Below are positions 25,152-39,070 of a stretch of 64,000 nucleotides of DNA, in pieces (position 1 is the stretch's first letter; every line of letters begins with the position of its first letter). A model generated the notes under the pieces. That model was not told the origin of the DNA. It searched no databases and was given only the letters and a program-made list of their open reading frames with translations. Origin of the DNA: Squalus acanthias (lineage: Eukaryota); NCBI GenBank assembly GCA_030390025.1, contig CM059433.1:16370001-16434000 (forward strand). The letters are read 5' to 3'. A program made the position numbers and the translations under genes.

Positions 25152-26726
25152 GGCCCGTATTTTCCGATGCCTACGGGTGTGTACGAGCTGTGTACTCACC
25201 CGTAGGGACATCGGAAGTGCCGGTTTCAGGCATGTGAAGCACTGAAAACCGGCATTTCCGATCTGTCAAGAATCCTTTTGACAGATCGGACGCCTGCACA
25301 AGAGATGGACCTCTGCGGGTGGAGAGTTCCGCTTTCTGCAGAACCTCCGCCCGCTGAAAACCCTTACGCCTGGTAAAATCATAAGGGGGAGAAATTCAGT
25401 ATCGCCCCGTTTGGGGCGCAATTATCGGCCAGGCGCAAAGTTTAGCGCTTGGTGCTAATTATCACCTCCGACTGCCACCTTGGCTTCTATCGCCCCTGGA
25501 GGTGATTGGAGCACTAAATCAGGCGCTACACACCTCTCTTAAGGTGCTAGCGCTGAGGAGCGAGGCGCTACCTCAAAGCGCTGGCGAAACTCATGTGATG
25601 TCAGTCAGCAATGGAACACAGACACACTGGCGCCGGCCAGTTCTTAAAGGGGAGGGTCGATCTTGCTTTCCAGCCACATCCTGCTCATTGCAGCCTTGAA
25701 TCTCGGCCTGGAGAGACCTGTACATCAATTCTGCTGGAAAGAACAATGGAGAGACCCAGGGAAAGAGCTCAGAGTGCAGCCCCCCATAGTCTCTTCTAAA
25801 TCGATGCAAGAAAGGTCAAATCAAAGTGCTGCTCAGTACCCAGAACTCCTTCATACAGCGTTGAATCTCTCCAGAAGTGTGTCTCTCTCAGAATGTGTGG
25901 TGCAAAAATGTCGCTGACAAAAAAAGGCAGGAAGCGGTCACCTTTAAATAGCGCTCCCCCAGTTCCCTTCCCGACTGCAAAACGCTCCTGTCGTTGCTAG
26001 CGGCAGGCGGTAAGGCAGGGGGTGCCACTCAATATCCGGTCCGGGGCGTTGCACACTCGACTGACGTCACGATCTGCGGGCGCAGGAGATCGTGGCGGTA
26101 GTGTTTAGCGCCACCGCAAAATGTCTGGTCAATTTCGCAAGCGGCGCATACATTGCCGCACCCGGGTGCTAGTTGCTTTGCGCCCCATTAGCGCCCTCTT
26201 AGGGCGCTAATGGGAGGCGCAAAGCAACCTGAATTTTTTCCCCCATGAGTTTTAAAAACATTTTTTTCACTCATTTATAATTTTATAATACTTTTTTAAA
26301 AAAAGTAAGTTTATTTTTAGCCCTGTAAAAAACCTTAATTATTTTTTTCAAAAAATTAAATTTTTGTTTAAAATATTTAATTTAATGTAATTTTAACTCT
26401 TTTTAAAAACGTGATGGTTTTTTAAAAATTATTTAATGTTTTAGTGTCTTTTTTAAGTGATCTCCATTCATTCTTTTGACAGGTCTATCTGTCAAAAGTA
26501 TGAAGGGGGATTCCCTTCTTTCATTGGCTCACCTGGCCCACATGATCCCAGGGACGTTTGCGAACCGCATGCATCCCTGGGATACGTGGGCCCTGCGCAT
26601 TTCGACTGTGGAGAGGCCCAGGATCGGAAGTCTCCGGACCTCGGGAGCCCTCAGGGTAAGTGAGTAGATTTTTTTCCGATAGGAGGCATCCGCACGCAGG
26701 AAGCCTCCTATCGGAAATTACGAGCC
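25152..26726. mobile_element. Non-autonomous Harbinger-like element (GGCCC-type TIR)
   Basis: TIR ggcccgtattttccgat / atcggaaattacgagcc; 3-bp TSD ATT. Confidence 0.8.
25385..26244. mobile_element. Nested non-autonomous Harbinger element (GGGGGA-type TIR)
   Basis: TIR gggggagaaattc / gaattttttccccc; close paralogue of 62091-62879; retains the Myb-like start MERPRERA. Confidence 0.8.
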
Positions 26727-27842
26727 ATTGTTTCTTGCACAAACTTAATCTCTACACATAATTCTGCATTAAAATTTTCAATCTCACTCTGAAAGATCAC
26801 ACGGATGCCATTGTGAGAAATGGAAACCTTCACACTGGTACTCTATCCATTCTGTCTAATATTACATACTGGACATTTACAGGTTACCATTTATTCAGTT
26901 GCTGGATGAAAGAACAAGAAGCTATGTTGAACTTTTGCAACCTGAAAGCCTTGCTGTCCTCCAAGACAGATGTGCAGATACACACGCACATGTGCATACA
27001 TCATACCAATATTGTGACACCAACATCTGCCGAAGACTTTAAATGCTATGCCAAATGTAATACATTCAGAAATGTTGACGCGTGTGATCTTTTGCGTAAA
27101 ATGCTTGTCACCGAAAGTCACTTGTCAAATTTACCTCAGGTTCACAAAACACACCTGTTACAAACAGCTACACCATGTTTCTAGCATTATACAAAACAAG
27201 ATAGACAATCATAGTAATCTTAAGAAATTCAGGCATGATTAGGCAAGCATTGCTTGTACACATCAATTAAAACAATTTCAGTCATTAGCATTGGATGGTG
27301 CCAAGACAGCACCAGCACCATCAACACCCACCATTGTCAAACTCTATGTAAATCAAGAGCAGATTACATCTGGCGACTCCAATGAGATAACTAACAGTTT
27401 AGTAACACTGGACTTCCATCAGACAGTGACACCTCAGGTCTGTGGTCCCAGTACCACTACATAAGGTATTGCTACTGTGTTTCTCCAGGGATAGTTAAAA
27501 CATGGCATAAATATCCTAGAGGGACATTGGGAGGCCTTAACCCCATAAAATTCTCTCTAAGCACACCCAACTCTGTACACTCAGCCCTCTACTGTGATGG
27601 ATGAGCAGTTCATCTCCAAATGCACAAAGATGGGCCCAATTTCCACCATTTTCAAACAGAGTCTCTCTTTCTGGCACATCCAGAAACTTTCCTCTGGGGG
27701 CAAAGATTTGAGGAAATGGAAGCGAATCTAGCATACTTCTCCAGTCAAGAACAACACAGCCCGCTGCAGGACCAATGGAACTCTCTGAATAAGACGGTCA
27801 GTGACTTGATGGAATCAATAAGAGCCTTCGTTCAGAAGACAT

Positions 27843-29758
27843 GGGGGGGGATTTTAACCCAAAAAAAGGGGTGGTTTGGGGGCCGTGTGGGAAGTTAAAG
27901 TGTTAAAAATCTGAATCCCGACCAGAACCTGCCACCAACCCACTTAACGGAGGCGGGACGGGGGGGGCAAGCAGCCAACCCGCTCCCAGGAGTGGGTTGA
28001 CTATTTAAATATTATAATGAGGCTGCTGTGCCGCCTCTTTAATCTCCATTTTAAATTTAACTGTAACTGATTGGGTTTTGTAGGCCTCGTGAAAGCCACC
28101 AGCTAAAGTAAGGTGAAGACTGCTGGAGCCAGTGTGTGCGTTTACACTTACCTCCTGGATCCAGCGTCCCTGCCTCACCCACCCCCTGCAATCGAAGACA
28201 CCCCCCCACGCTGCCTTCAATTTTTTCCCACCCCATGCTCCTCCGGCCCTCCAAGATGTCATCGGCCTCCAAACCCCCATGCTCCTCCGGCCCCTCGATG
28301 TCGTCTGCCTCCTCCCAAACCCCCCCCTCCCCTCTGTGCTCCTCCGGCCACAAACTTCTAATGTTTGCACAGATCAGCACCGAGAGCTCTGCTGAAGTAA
28401 AAAAAGTGGATCTGAGGGTAACCAGTGCAGGCAGCAGGTATTTACTTTTGCTGTTGGTAGCAGTTTGCCTCCTGAGGAAGGGAATAAATGCAGTTTTAAA
28501 GTAGGCTGCCTCGTTTATATGACAATGCTGCCTCCAAAAGCGGGGTAGAGCCCGGGGAGGAGACAAGCATCCCTTCTCGGCTCCAATGAATCAGCGCTGA
28601 AATCTGGGCTGTCATTCACAGCAGAGCTGAAATGTGAAAGGACACGAGAGGCAAGCATACAGAATGACTTTTACAGGTGCTTTAATTACATCACATAGAA
28701 TTTACAGCACAGAAACCGGCCATTCGGCCCAACTGGTCTATGCTGGTGTTTATGCTCCACACGAGCCTCCTCCAACCCCTCTTCATCCCACCCCATCAAC
28801 ATAGCCTTCTATTCCTTTCTCCCTCATGTGCTTATCTAGCTTCGCCTTAAAAGCACCTGCACTAGTCGCTTCAACAGCGGCAGAGATAAATGCAAGTTTG
28901 CTTAGCTATTTCCCTCTTGTCTAGAGAGAGTATCATTCGCCCCCTTAAATCGGGTGCCAGTCATCCTGGTCTCTGCTGTGGAAGAGCCAGTTGCTCCAAC
29001 AGAGGAACCCGCATTTATCTCACTGAAGCCAGCTTCTTCAACTAGATCTGCTCAGAACTCCACCCCCCTCCCCCTTCTGTTCCTCCGGCCCCCCGATCTG
29101 CTCTGTCCCCCCTGCCCCTTCTGTTCCTCCGGCCCCCCGATCTGCTCTGTCCCCCCGCCCCTTCTGTTCCTCTACCCCCCCTGCCCCTTCTGTTCCTCCG
29201 GCCCCCCGATCTGCTCTGCCCCCCCGCCCCTTCTGTTCCTCTGCCCCCCCTGCCCCTTCTGTTCCTCCGGCCCCCCGATCTACTCTGTCCCCCCTGCCCC
29301 TTCTGTTCCTCCGGCCCCCCGATCTGCTCTGTCCCCCCGCCCCTTCTGTTCCTCCGGACCCCCGATCTGCTCTGTCCCCCCGCCCCTTCTGTTACTCCGC
29401 CCCCCCCCCCCCCCCCCCGATCTGCTCCGACAGCCCCCTCCCCCTCACCACCACCTTTTCTGCTCCTCCAGCCCTCCAATCGGTCCCGACTCCCCTCCCC
29501 CCCCCCCCCCCCCCCCCCCAACCACTTTCCCGGCCCCCACGCAATCCCTCCCTCCTCTGCGGCCTAATGCCGCAGGCCTACCTGCCCGCAAGCCAGCCAG
29601 CCTCTCAATCCGGCTGCCTGCGGGTGGGAAACAGAGGCTTCCAATGCAAATCAGGCCCTGCCGTTAAATTCGGCAGGGCCCGCGGGAAATCCGTTCTCCC
29701 GGGTTTTCTGACTGCTTCCGAGCCCCTCCCAGCCCGCCAAACTGTTAAAATTCAGGCC
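27843..29758. mobile_element. Non-autonomous Harbinger-like element containing a minisatellite and a CR1 tail (~28693-28870)
   Basis: Ends ggggggattttaac ... gttaaaattcaggcc. Confidence 0.55.
29065..29520. repeat. C-rich minisatellite (cccttctgttcctccggccccccgatctgctctgtccccc, ~30-43-bp units) plus poly-C runs
   Basis: About 9 copies of the cccttctgtt core, seen directly. Confidence 0.9.
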
Positions 29759-30923
29759 TAGATCTTCACACTAAGCAGAGACCCAACAGCTATCTACAGA
29801 TTATTGAGATTAGATTCATGCCACACAGTTTTATCAACTTTAGTGCACACAGGAATTTGATGCATACATGTAAACTGGTGTGCTGAACACCAAAGAACTT
29901 GAATGCCCTGATCTGTATGGCTCAACTTCACTCTGGAATAAACTTGCTAAGCAGCCAGTAGGACATTCAGAACAGCTTCAAGATTTATTTTAATTTCTTG
30001 ATAACCAACAAGAGCTTCTGTACTTGTGACAGTCTTTGCAGGAATTCCTAAACTGAGGAAATCCATTACAATGTCCTTATATTTTAGTCCTAACAGGGGA
30101 AACTTGACTTGACCACGATTGTTTTTTTAAACTATAATTTCAGTAACTACCACTTGTTTGTTGTCTAATGTTGAAGAAAGCCTAACTTATATATTAATTC
30201 TGTCAAATAAATAGCAGTTTATGGGATATTATGCTTGGAAATTGGGTACAGGACAGTAAATAAATCAAAGGAACTAACGTCCTAAACTAAGAGTGAAACC
30301 TGAATTGTTTCAACGCTATCAGAACCCTGAGATTCAATTCCTGCCTCAGATATCTGCTATTCATTTTTTCTTCTTTTCATAAAGCAACAGGTTCTGGCTG
30401 TTGCTTAGAGGATTTTTGTTTGAATACCACTTATTCTATTTGCTTGTGTATATATAATTTTATAGAGCTTTTGTAATCTAAATGTATAATCAGTTGGATT
30501 CCCTCCATATTCCTATGTCTACTTGCAAATTCTTCCAGGTCATTTCTGTTCATTACCTTGAACTTTCACTAAGTTTCTAACTGCGTTTTAACAAAGCTAC
30601 TGGGTTTACTTTTACAATTAAACTAAATGGCAAGGTTATGCACCATAAATTAACAAATGTAAAGAGAACCAAGAGACAGCCATGAAATGTGCTGTTTTTA
30701 TTGAAACCAGTTAGAAACTGAGGGGCTGGAGGCAATGAATCAAAACATATGGAAATAATTTTTCTGTAGTACGAAGGGAAGCATTAATAAGGGAACTCAA
30801 TTTATCAACCTCTTATTGATCGATAATTAGAAGTCAACAATTGCAATGATAAAGGTAGCCATAAAAATTCTTTATTCGCAGTTCAGTAGATTTATACTTG
30901 CCAATAGATTTTGGGAAAACAAT

Positions 30924-31645
30924 GGCCCGAATTTTGCAGGTGGTAATGACAGCGAAACTGTCATCGTTCGCCGTCATTACCCCTCTGAAACTGACTGTAA
31001 CTTCAGGATTTAGAGTCTGCGCAAATAAACGCAGAAATCCTGAAGTTGCGGTCAGTCATTCCCTGCTCCGCTGCAGGTTGTGCTGTGGAACTCCCCAGAG
31101 CCGGCAATCAATTGAAATCATTTATAAGGACGAAAACTTCCTCTCTTATGCTGGAATATCGCTGTTAAACCGCCCTGAAAAAGTTGAAAGAGGTGTAACT
31201 GGGTTATTAATGGCATATTGATTGTTGAACAACCGTTCTGGCCCTTGAAAACTAATTTTATATTTGTGGAATGTGACATTTTTCCAATAATATGCTTGAG
31301 TTACTGGTTTAAAAAAAGTTTGTATATGATATTTCAGCTTCTACCTTAATCCTATGTGTATGTCTCAATATTTATTTCGCTCTCTGTAACATTTATAAAA
31401 TGCAAATTAGAATCTGTGCATTTTACTTGTTGGTTTGCTGTCTGTAAGAATTCTTCAATGTAATTGGCTGCTTAGGCAGCTTGATGACATCACTGTTGCT
31501 GGGCGCTTGATTTGGCGCCAGATTCAAACAAAGGTTGGGAGAGCTGAATTTCATGCCACAGAGGTCGCTAGATCTTTGTGGGCAGCTTTCTTCGAGGTCA
31601 GCGGCGAGCGCTGTCACTTCAGTAGCGAATATGGGAAATTTCCCT
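30924..31645. mobile_element. Non-autonomous Harbinger-like element
   Basis: Starts ggcccgaattttgc, ends ggaaatttccc; CpG-rich termini. Confidence 0.5.
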
Positions 31646-32549
31646 GTATTGTCTCCTTGAAGCCTGGGTTATTATAGAATAAGCCAACAACATGAATGTC
31701 TAATATTTCAGTCCAACAATGATAATACAGTGCTGCTGTGATTGATATTTTGGTGCCTTATTCAATTATATTTTGTAAGTCACAGTGCACTATAGTTGTT
31801 GCATGAATGGAAACAAGTCGAAGATGCCTTTAAATGCTTTAAACTCAATGTGATGGATTTTGTTATTCTTTTTAATATTCAGATTATGATGGATTAATTA
31901 AACTAAAACAATTTTTAAATTGCTACTGCAGTGGGTAAGAATGAAATATAATTAATATCATTGCCTAACTTGTTCTGGTTACAATTAACACTCTAATGCT
32001 GAACGCAAACTTAAAAGGCAAGTTTTCCATTTGTTACTTAGAGTGCAGACTTAAACATTTTTGCTATAAGTCGTGAAGAGCAGAAACTTTCCTCCACAGT
32101 TGCGTATTTTTGTTTAAACTTCTGGTACTTCGTAGGAAAGTAGTCCTGGTCTAATTGTTTATATGCCTGGAATAAATACTGTTTTGTGTTTGAGATAATG
32201 AGGAAAACACCCATATTATTTTGGACTGTATAGTATAATTGTCTATTCATTATGACATAATGGAAAAATTAGTTGTAGTTGCAGGGGTAATTTTGACTTT
32301 GGGCAACAGTGTAAAACATGCTATAACGATCATCACATTCCAGTCTCACGCCCATATCCTCATCAAACTCCACTGGCTCTTCATTTTCAAACTCATTGAA
32401 TTCAAGATCCACATTCTCTTACAAATCCCTCTCCGGCTGCACACCCCACTCTCTCCGCCCCCCCCCCCATCCCCAGTAATCTTCTGCAGCCCTACATCCC
32501 AACTCATACCCTTCAGTCTTCCAGTGATCGAACCCCCACTCCCATTGTC

Positions 32550-32957
32550 AGCCTCGTGGGTTCAAGCCCCTCTCCAGAGACTTGAGCACATAATCCAGGC
32601 CGACACTCCAGTGCTGTACCGAGGGAGTGCTGCACTGTCAGAGGTGCCGTCATTCGGATAAGACATTAAACCGAGACTGCGTCTGCCCTCTCAGGTAGAC
32701 GAAAAAGCTCCCAAGGCACTATTTGAAGAAAAGCAGGGGAGGTCTCCCCGGTGTCCTGGCCAATATTTTCCCTCAACTATCAGCCAAAACATTTTATCTG
32801 GTTATTATCACATTGTTGTTTATGGGGCTTGCTGTGCCAGATTGGCCTGCGTGCTTTCTACATTACAACAGTGACTACACTTCAGAAGTAAAGCTGTCAA
32901 GCGCTTAGGGACGTCCTGAGGTTGTGAAAGACGCTATAAAAATACACGTTCTTTCTA
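32550..32957 (+). mobile_element. Deu-SINE-like tRNA-derived SINE (5'-truncated) inside an L2 remnant
   Basis: B box ggttcaagcc; gagggagtgctgcactgtcagaggtgccgtc core; L2-like tail. Confidence 0.75.
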
Positions 32958-34311
32958 TTATTCCCCCACCAAACACACCATCAGTGGCACAGCTTTCAGT
33001 CATCTCGGCCCCACTCTCAAACTCTCGCTCTGAACCCTTCCACTTCTCTCTTCTCGCCTTAAAAAACCACTACAAAGTCTGCAGCCGTGCTTTTGGTCAT
33101 CTACACCGTTACAACTTTTGGCTTTTATACTAGATATTCTACTTGGCTTCAGCATGAATGACCACTCCCGTATGTAGACTTCACAGTGAGTCTCTACCTG
33201 CCCAATATCTCGCTAAACAAAAGCAAGAACCAGGGATCAAACTGAGAGCCCTTACCATTATTAGAATGCACCAAGTGCCACCACCCGAATCTCCTTGTCC
33301 TCAGTAGGCGGATTGAGTATAGGCTGTCAAATTGAGAGTCAGACTATAAGCCAAGACCTTTAATTTAACTTGGAACAGGTAAATGAATAGTACTCAATTA
33401 GAAAAAGTGTATTTGCAGTAATTTACAAGTTTTACTATCCTTCATAGTATATCAAAAACAATAAATACACTTCTCCCTGAGCTATTTCTGAACATACATG
33501 GAACTTCTCACGTGGCAAGACACTACCAGAGTCAATGACTTGGCACGGACTCTTGGCTGGCTTCAGCCTGACTGATTCTAAGGTAAGTGCTGCCAGAGTT
33601 ATACCAAATCCTTTGCAGATGTATTGAAGCAGCGCCCATCAATAAAAAAAAACTGCCTTTCCCTTAAGTGTATTAAATGTTTAACCACTTTTTGTCAATT
33701 AGGTAGGATATTTGTAATTGAAGGAGAAGGATAGCATCAATGATCTGCGCAAAATACTTCAAATGACAAGCCAAATCGACCTCTATCCATATACAATCTA
33801 ACCACACATACCAAGGCCTTCCTGATAACACACATGCATGTCTCTTTGCCTTCCCCTGAGTTTCAAATTTTTGCCACCGCTATAAGGTAAATTCCCTCTA
33901 GCTTACAGAAAACAGCTAGCAACAAATGATCTTAGCCCTGTGTATATTGTGCAATAAAGAAACTAATTGATAAACTCAGAAAAAAATATTTCCTGCTCTA
34001 ACTCTCATTACTGCTTGGCCTTTATTTCTCCTATGAAGCACTTCGGACATTACACTATATTAAAGGTGTTAACATAAATGCAAATTGTTGCTGTTGATAC
34101 TTCAACTTTTATTTCCCTGTCTCACATACTAATGATAATCCATTCATTTTGGACCTCCTGTTATCAATTCAAGCACTACTGAATGCCTTTTTAAATGATC
34201 CATAAGGATCACACTGGGTTGCCTCAGAGTCATCAACAGAAAAAATAAATTTACACGTGCCCAGCCACGTTTTCGTAAGGGTCACAGCTAATAAAGGAAC
34301 TTGAACATTAA

Positions 34312-35164
34312 GGCCTAGAAATTCGGGTGGTTTGCGTCACCTGTTACCGCCATGAAATGGCAAAAAAAATGGCGGCGGGTGCTCTTCCGCCAGCTGGTGT
34401 CCGGTCTTGCAGCGGCCGCCATTTTCGGCAGGTCAGCATCGCTGTCGTTGCCTGCTATCGGTGAGAATATTTTAATGAGTTGGAGCGTGACGTCAATCGC
34501 CCTGCATTGCCGAGTTGACGCCAGCTCATCCATTTTGGAGTTCACCGCTCACATTGCCTCCTGCGCTAAATCACGCCAGTGAGTGCTGCCGCTAAAAGGT
34601 CTTTCAGCAGCGCTAATGGCCACGAGGAGTCTGGCAGGACTTATGAGGATGGACGCCGGAACTTCAAACACCTCCTTTTCCAAGGTTATTCATTTAAACT
34701 TTCATTTTTTGCCCATCAGTGGTGTGGAGTGGGGAGGTTGCATTTTCTGGCAGCTTTCCGAAGGCCTGCAGTGTTTGCGGGTCAGTGAATCAATGGGTGA
34801 ACTCCATTACAACGATTGAAAATGATCTGTGATAAAGTCTCTTTTATCTGTATTCATGTCATAAACAAAAAAATTGGCAAACATCAGTTGGCAGCGAATA
34901 TTTTTGGAGCACGTACGGCAGCTGTTCGGGTTGCTCCTTTCTTCCCCATTTCCCTACACTGCGAGCAGGAGACAGAGGTGACCTTTGGCCTCCTGCGATT
35001 AGCGCTGCAAAGAGAGCGTTGCACTAGAAAATTACCGCCACGCTGATGATAATGAGCAGGCAGTACCAAAATGTCGGTACTGTCTGTGCTCCCTCAGCCG
35101 ACGGCCGTTATCCTTGGCCACCAATATTACTGGCAGGTTTCCAGCGTTCCCCAATTTCTAGGCC
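34312..35164. mobile_element. Non-autonomous Harbinger-like element
   Basis: TIR ggcctagaaatt(c)ggg / cccaatttctaggcc; left end related to the 59351 element. Confidence 0.75.
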
Positions 35165-35214
35165 AAAGTGTACTTTTCAACAAAACAAAAGGAAACTTAC
35201 AAAACTAACTAATA

Positions 35215-35579
35215 CAGGAAACTCTTTATTAACCGGCACCGACGGGACCGGCGTGGTGCCGGTTAATCAAAAAGTCCGGATAACGGAGAGTTATATCTCC
35301 CAACGTACGAGAGCCCCGTACACATTGACATGCGCCTGCATTCGGAGCTCCGTCTCCCCGGGGACTGCCAGCTGACCATCTGTCGTGTCCGCTGCCTACC
35401 CGGGCTGCACATTCCCCTCCCAATCTACACGCTCCGATACAAGGCAAACGCCTCGGGGGTTTTTTTTTAAGTTATTTTTAAAGGAGAGATGAAGGAAAAC
35501 CCCAGTTACCTACTCAAGAATTTTGCCGGTTAAGAGAGATTTCCAGTTATTTGGGTGCCAGTTAAAAGAGAGTTTCCTG
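35215..35579. mobile_element. Tigger-family MITE
   Basis: TA-flanked TIRs caggaaactctttattaaccggcacc / ggtgccagttaaaagagagtttcctg, matching the TIR of the 1-2007 element. Confidence 0.88.
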
Positions 35580-36206
35580 TAACATTGTTTGTGTCTATTA
35601 GACACCATTTATTGCAGTGCCCTCTGGGCACCACTGAATGCGTCACCTTTTTCTGCCCCTCTTTTTCCGCCTTATTTTCTATCTCTGCTTTGTCACTTTT
35701 TCTTTGTCAACCACCTTTTTATGTCTCACTTTCTGAATCTTGTCTCTCTGTTCACTTTCCCTTCAGTCTCTTTGGCTCAGAAATTATGACACTTATACTT
35801 GTCTGCAATTCTTCTCTCTTACGTGTTTGTCCATTCTATGATTTCAAGGCTATTGTCTCTGTTCTGCTTCTGACTTCTTTCTCTGTCTCCTGTATCGTAT
35901 TTCTTTGTCTCTGCCTTTGCAGTCTTTCACTTTCGATCCCTGTACATTATTTATCTGTCTCCTCTTTCCCTGTGTACCTTCTCTCTGACACTTTTCTCTC
36001 TCATTTTTCTGTCTCTTTTATCAACCTACCGAAATCTCGTCTGTGGAAAGCAATTGGCCAACTTTGAATACACGGTGATAGAAATTGTGTTTTTCTCAAC
36101 AATCTTAATGGTTTAAAGAGCTATTCTTCAGGCTACTAAAACACTGGGCTGCAGTCCATGCTGGGCTTGTGGAAAGAATTGGCTTGCTCGGCTGAGTGAT
36201 GTTTTT

Positions 36207-36657
36207 ACGGTGGCATAGTGGTTAGCACTGGTGCCTCACAGCGCCAGGGACCCGGGTTCGAATCTGGCCTCGGGTGACTGTCTGTGTGGAGTTTGCACAT
36301 TCTCCCCGTGTCTGCGTGGGTTTCCTCCGGGTGCTCCGGTTTCCTCCCACAGTCCAAAAATGTGCGGGTTAGGTTGATTTGGCTATGATAAATTGACCCT
36401 TAGTGTTAGGGGGGGATTAAATATGTGGGGTTACGGGGATAGGATGGGATATGTTAGGGGGAATTAAATACGTGGGGTTACGGGGATAGGGTGGGATATG
36501 TGTCGGTGCAGGCTCGATGGGGATTCTGTGTGAGAAAGCAGGGACAGGGTACTGGATTTGGATGATCAGCCATGATCGTATTGAATGGCGGAGCAGGCTC
36601 GACGGGCCGAATGGCCTACTCCTGCTCCTAGTTTCTATGTTTCTATGTTTCTATGTT
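36207..36657 (+). mobile_element. V-SINE (HE1-like) with CR1-derived tail
   Basis: tRNA head (A box tggcatagtgg, B box ggttcgaatc), V-core tgtggagtttgcacattctccccgtg, CR1 tail and (tttctatg)n. Confidence 0.88.
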
Positions 36658-37229
36658 TATGGTCCTTTCTTCCTTATGTTCTTGTAGCTGCCTTCTAGAA
36701 TGCAATAAATTTGCTTAGTACCACAGAAACCACTTTAATACAGACCGGGTTACCGATAGCCATAATTTTCATAGATTTTTCAAATACTAGATTTCTGTGC
36801 CTTGCTTCTTATCTGGGAAATATGGAAGCTGTAACATTAATACACCATCCTTCATCCCAAGTATTCTGGACTGTCTCTAAACTGCCTGAACTGCTATTGA
36901 TAAGAGTCAGGCCATAGTTTATTGGAAATTCCTCTCTTGCTCCATAATTGCCTGAAACCCCCAAATATTTATTGGTGCTTGTGCTCCAGCAGTGAGTTTG
37001 ACTCCTTCTACTTATGACCAAATGCTCCATTTGACAAAGACCTCAATTATGAAGGTCCACAGAATTATATTGCCAGCGGCAACCCAACCGCACACGAGAT
37101 GGAATGTGATTGACCAAGTTATGTGGAGAAACAAAAAGAAAATGTTAAGTCACGCTCTTTGAACTTGTGGGGGAAAGGGGACCCTAAATTATTAATCCTA
37201 GTCTTAATAAGAAGTTACTGTTGTGTTAT

Positions 37230-37750
37230 GATCACCACATTACAGGAAAGATGTGATTGCACTAGAGAGGGTGCAGCGGGGATTTACGAGGATGTTGCCA
37301 GGACTGGAGAATTTTAGCTATGAGGAAAGATTGGATAGGCTGGGGTTGTTTTCTTTGGAACAGAGAAGGCTGAGGGAAGACTTAATTGAGGTGTATAAAA
37401 TTATGAGGGGCCTAGATAGAGTGGATAGGAAGGACCTATTTCCCTTAGCAGAGAGGTCAATGACCAGGGGCATAGATTTAAAGTAATTGGAAGAAGGATT
37501 AGAGGGGAGTTGAGGAGAATTTTTTTCATCCAGAGGTTGGTGGGGGTCTGGAACTCACTGCTTGAAAGGGTGGAAGAGGCAGAAACGCTCATCACATTTA
37601 AAAAGTACTTGGATGTGGACTTGAAGTGCTGTAACCTACAAGGCTACGGACCAAGAGCTGGAAAGTGGGATTAGGTTGGATAGCATTTTTTCGGCCGGCA
37701 CAGACACAGTGGGTGGAATGGCCTCCTTCTATGCTGTAAATTTCTATGAT
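37230..37750 (+). mobile_element. CR1 3' fragment
   Basis: LERVQRGFTRMLPGLENFSYEERLDRLGLFSLEQRRLREDL. Confidence 0.9.
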
Positions 37751-37874
37751 TTTATGATGGATAATAGAAAGAAAGAAGAAATAGCTTGCATTGTTGTAGC
37801 ATTTCACGTCCTTAGGATTCCCAAAGTACTTCACAGCCAATAAAGTGCTTTTAAAGTGTAGTCACAGTTGTAAT

Positions 37875-39070
37875 GAACATAAGAACATTAGAAATAGGAG
37901 CAGGAGTAGGCCATTCGTGGTTGATCTTTTATCTCAACTCCACCTTCTCGAACTATCCCCATATCACTTGATTCTCTTAGTATCCAAAAATCTATCGATT
38001 GCTGTTTTGAATATACTCAACGACTGAGCATCCACAGCTCTCTGCGGTAGAGAATTCCAAAGATTCAGAACCATTTGACTGAAGAAATTTCTCCTCATCT
38101 CAGTCCTAAATGCCCAACCCCTTATTCTGAGACTGTGACCCCTGGTTCTAGATTCCCCCGCCAGGGGAAATATCCACCCAGCAACTACCCTGTCAAACCC
38201 CTTAAGAATTGTATGTGTTTCAAAGAGATCACCTCTCTTTCTTCTAAACTCTAAGTAATATAGGCCTAGTCTACACAATCTCTCCTCATAGAACAATCCC
38301 CTCATCCCAGGAAGCAATCTCGTGAACCTTCGTTGCACTCCTTCTAAGACAATTATATCCTTCCTTAGGTAAGGAGACCAAAATTGTACACAGTACTCCA
38401 GGTGTGGTCTCACCAAGGCCCTATATAATTGTAGTAAGACTTCTTTACTCTTATACTACAAACCCTTTGTAATAAAGGCTAACATATCATTTGCTTTCCT
38501 AATTGCTTGCTGTACCTGCATGTTAACTTCCTGGGATTCGTGTGCAAGGACACCCAGGTCTCTCTGATTACCAATGTTTCCCAGTCTCTCACCATTTAAA
38601 AAAATATTCTACTCTTCTATTTTTCCTACCAAAGTGGATAACTTCACACTTCTCCACATTAGATTCCATCTGCTATGTTCTTGCCCACTCACTTAACCTG
38701 TCTGTTTCCCTTTGCAGCCTCTTTGCATCCTCCTCACAACTTACTTTCCCACCTAGCTTTGTATTGTCAGCAAACTTGGATACCTTGCACTCGGTCCCCT
38801 CAGTTAAGTCATTGATAAAGATTGTAAATAGCTTAGGCCCAAGCACTGATCCTTGTGGTAACCCACTAGTTACAGCCTGCCAACTCGAAATTGACCAGCT
38901 AATTCCTACTCTTTGTTTTCTGTCCGTTAACCAATCCTCAATCCATGCTAATATATTATCCCCAATCCCATGAGCCCTAATTTTGTGTAATAACCTCTTG
39001 TGTGGCACCTTATCGAATGCTTTTTGAAAATTCAAATACACCACATCCACTGGTTCCCCCTTATCTACCG
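37875..39070 (-). mobile_element. CR1 RT/3' fragment
   Basis: [16 protein letters not shown]...[24 protein letters not shown]. Confidence 0.92.

Noticed and set aside
28954..29667. 237-aa Pro/Cys-rich ORF and antisense Gly/Arg-rich ORF
   Set aside because: Translation of a C-rich minisatellite lacking stop codons; no splice or domain evidence.
35555..36067. 170-aa hydrophobic ORF
   Set aside because: Low-complexity CT-rich DNA with no domain.
36207..36290. tRNA gene (also at 60727, 39260 and 49611)
   Set aside because: These are tRNA-derived heads continuing into SINE or LINE bodies, without a full cloverleaf or terminator.
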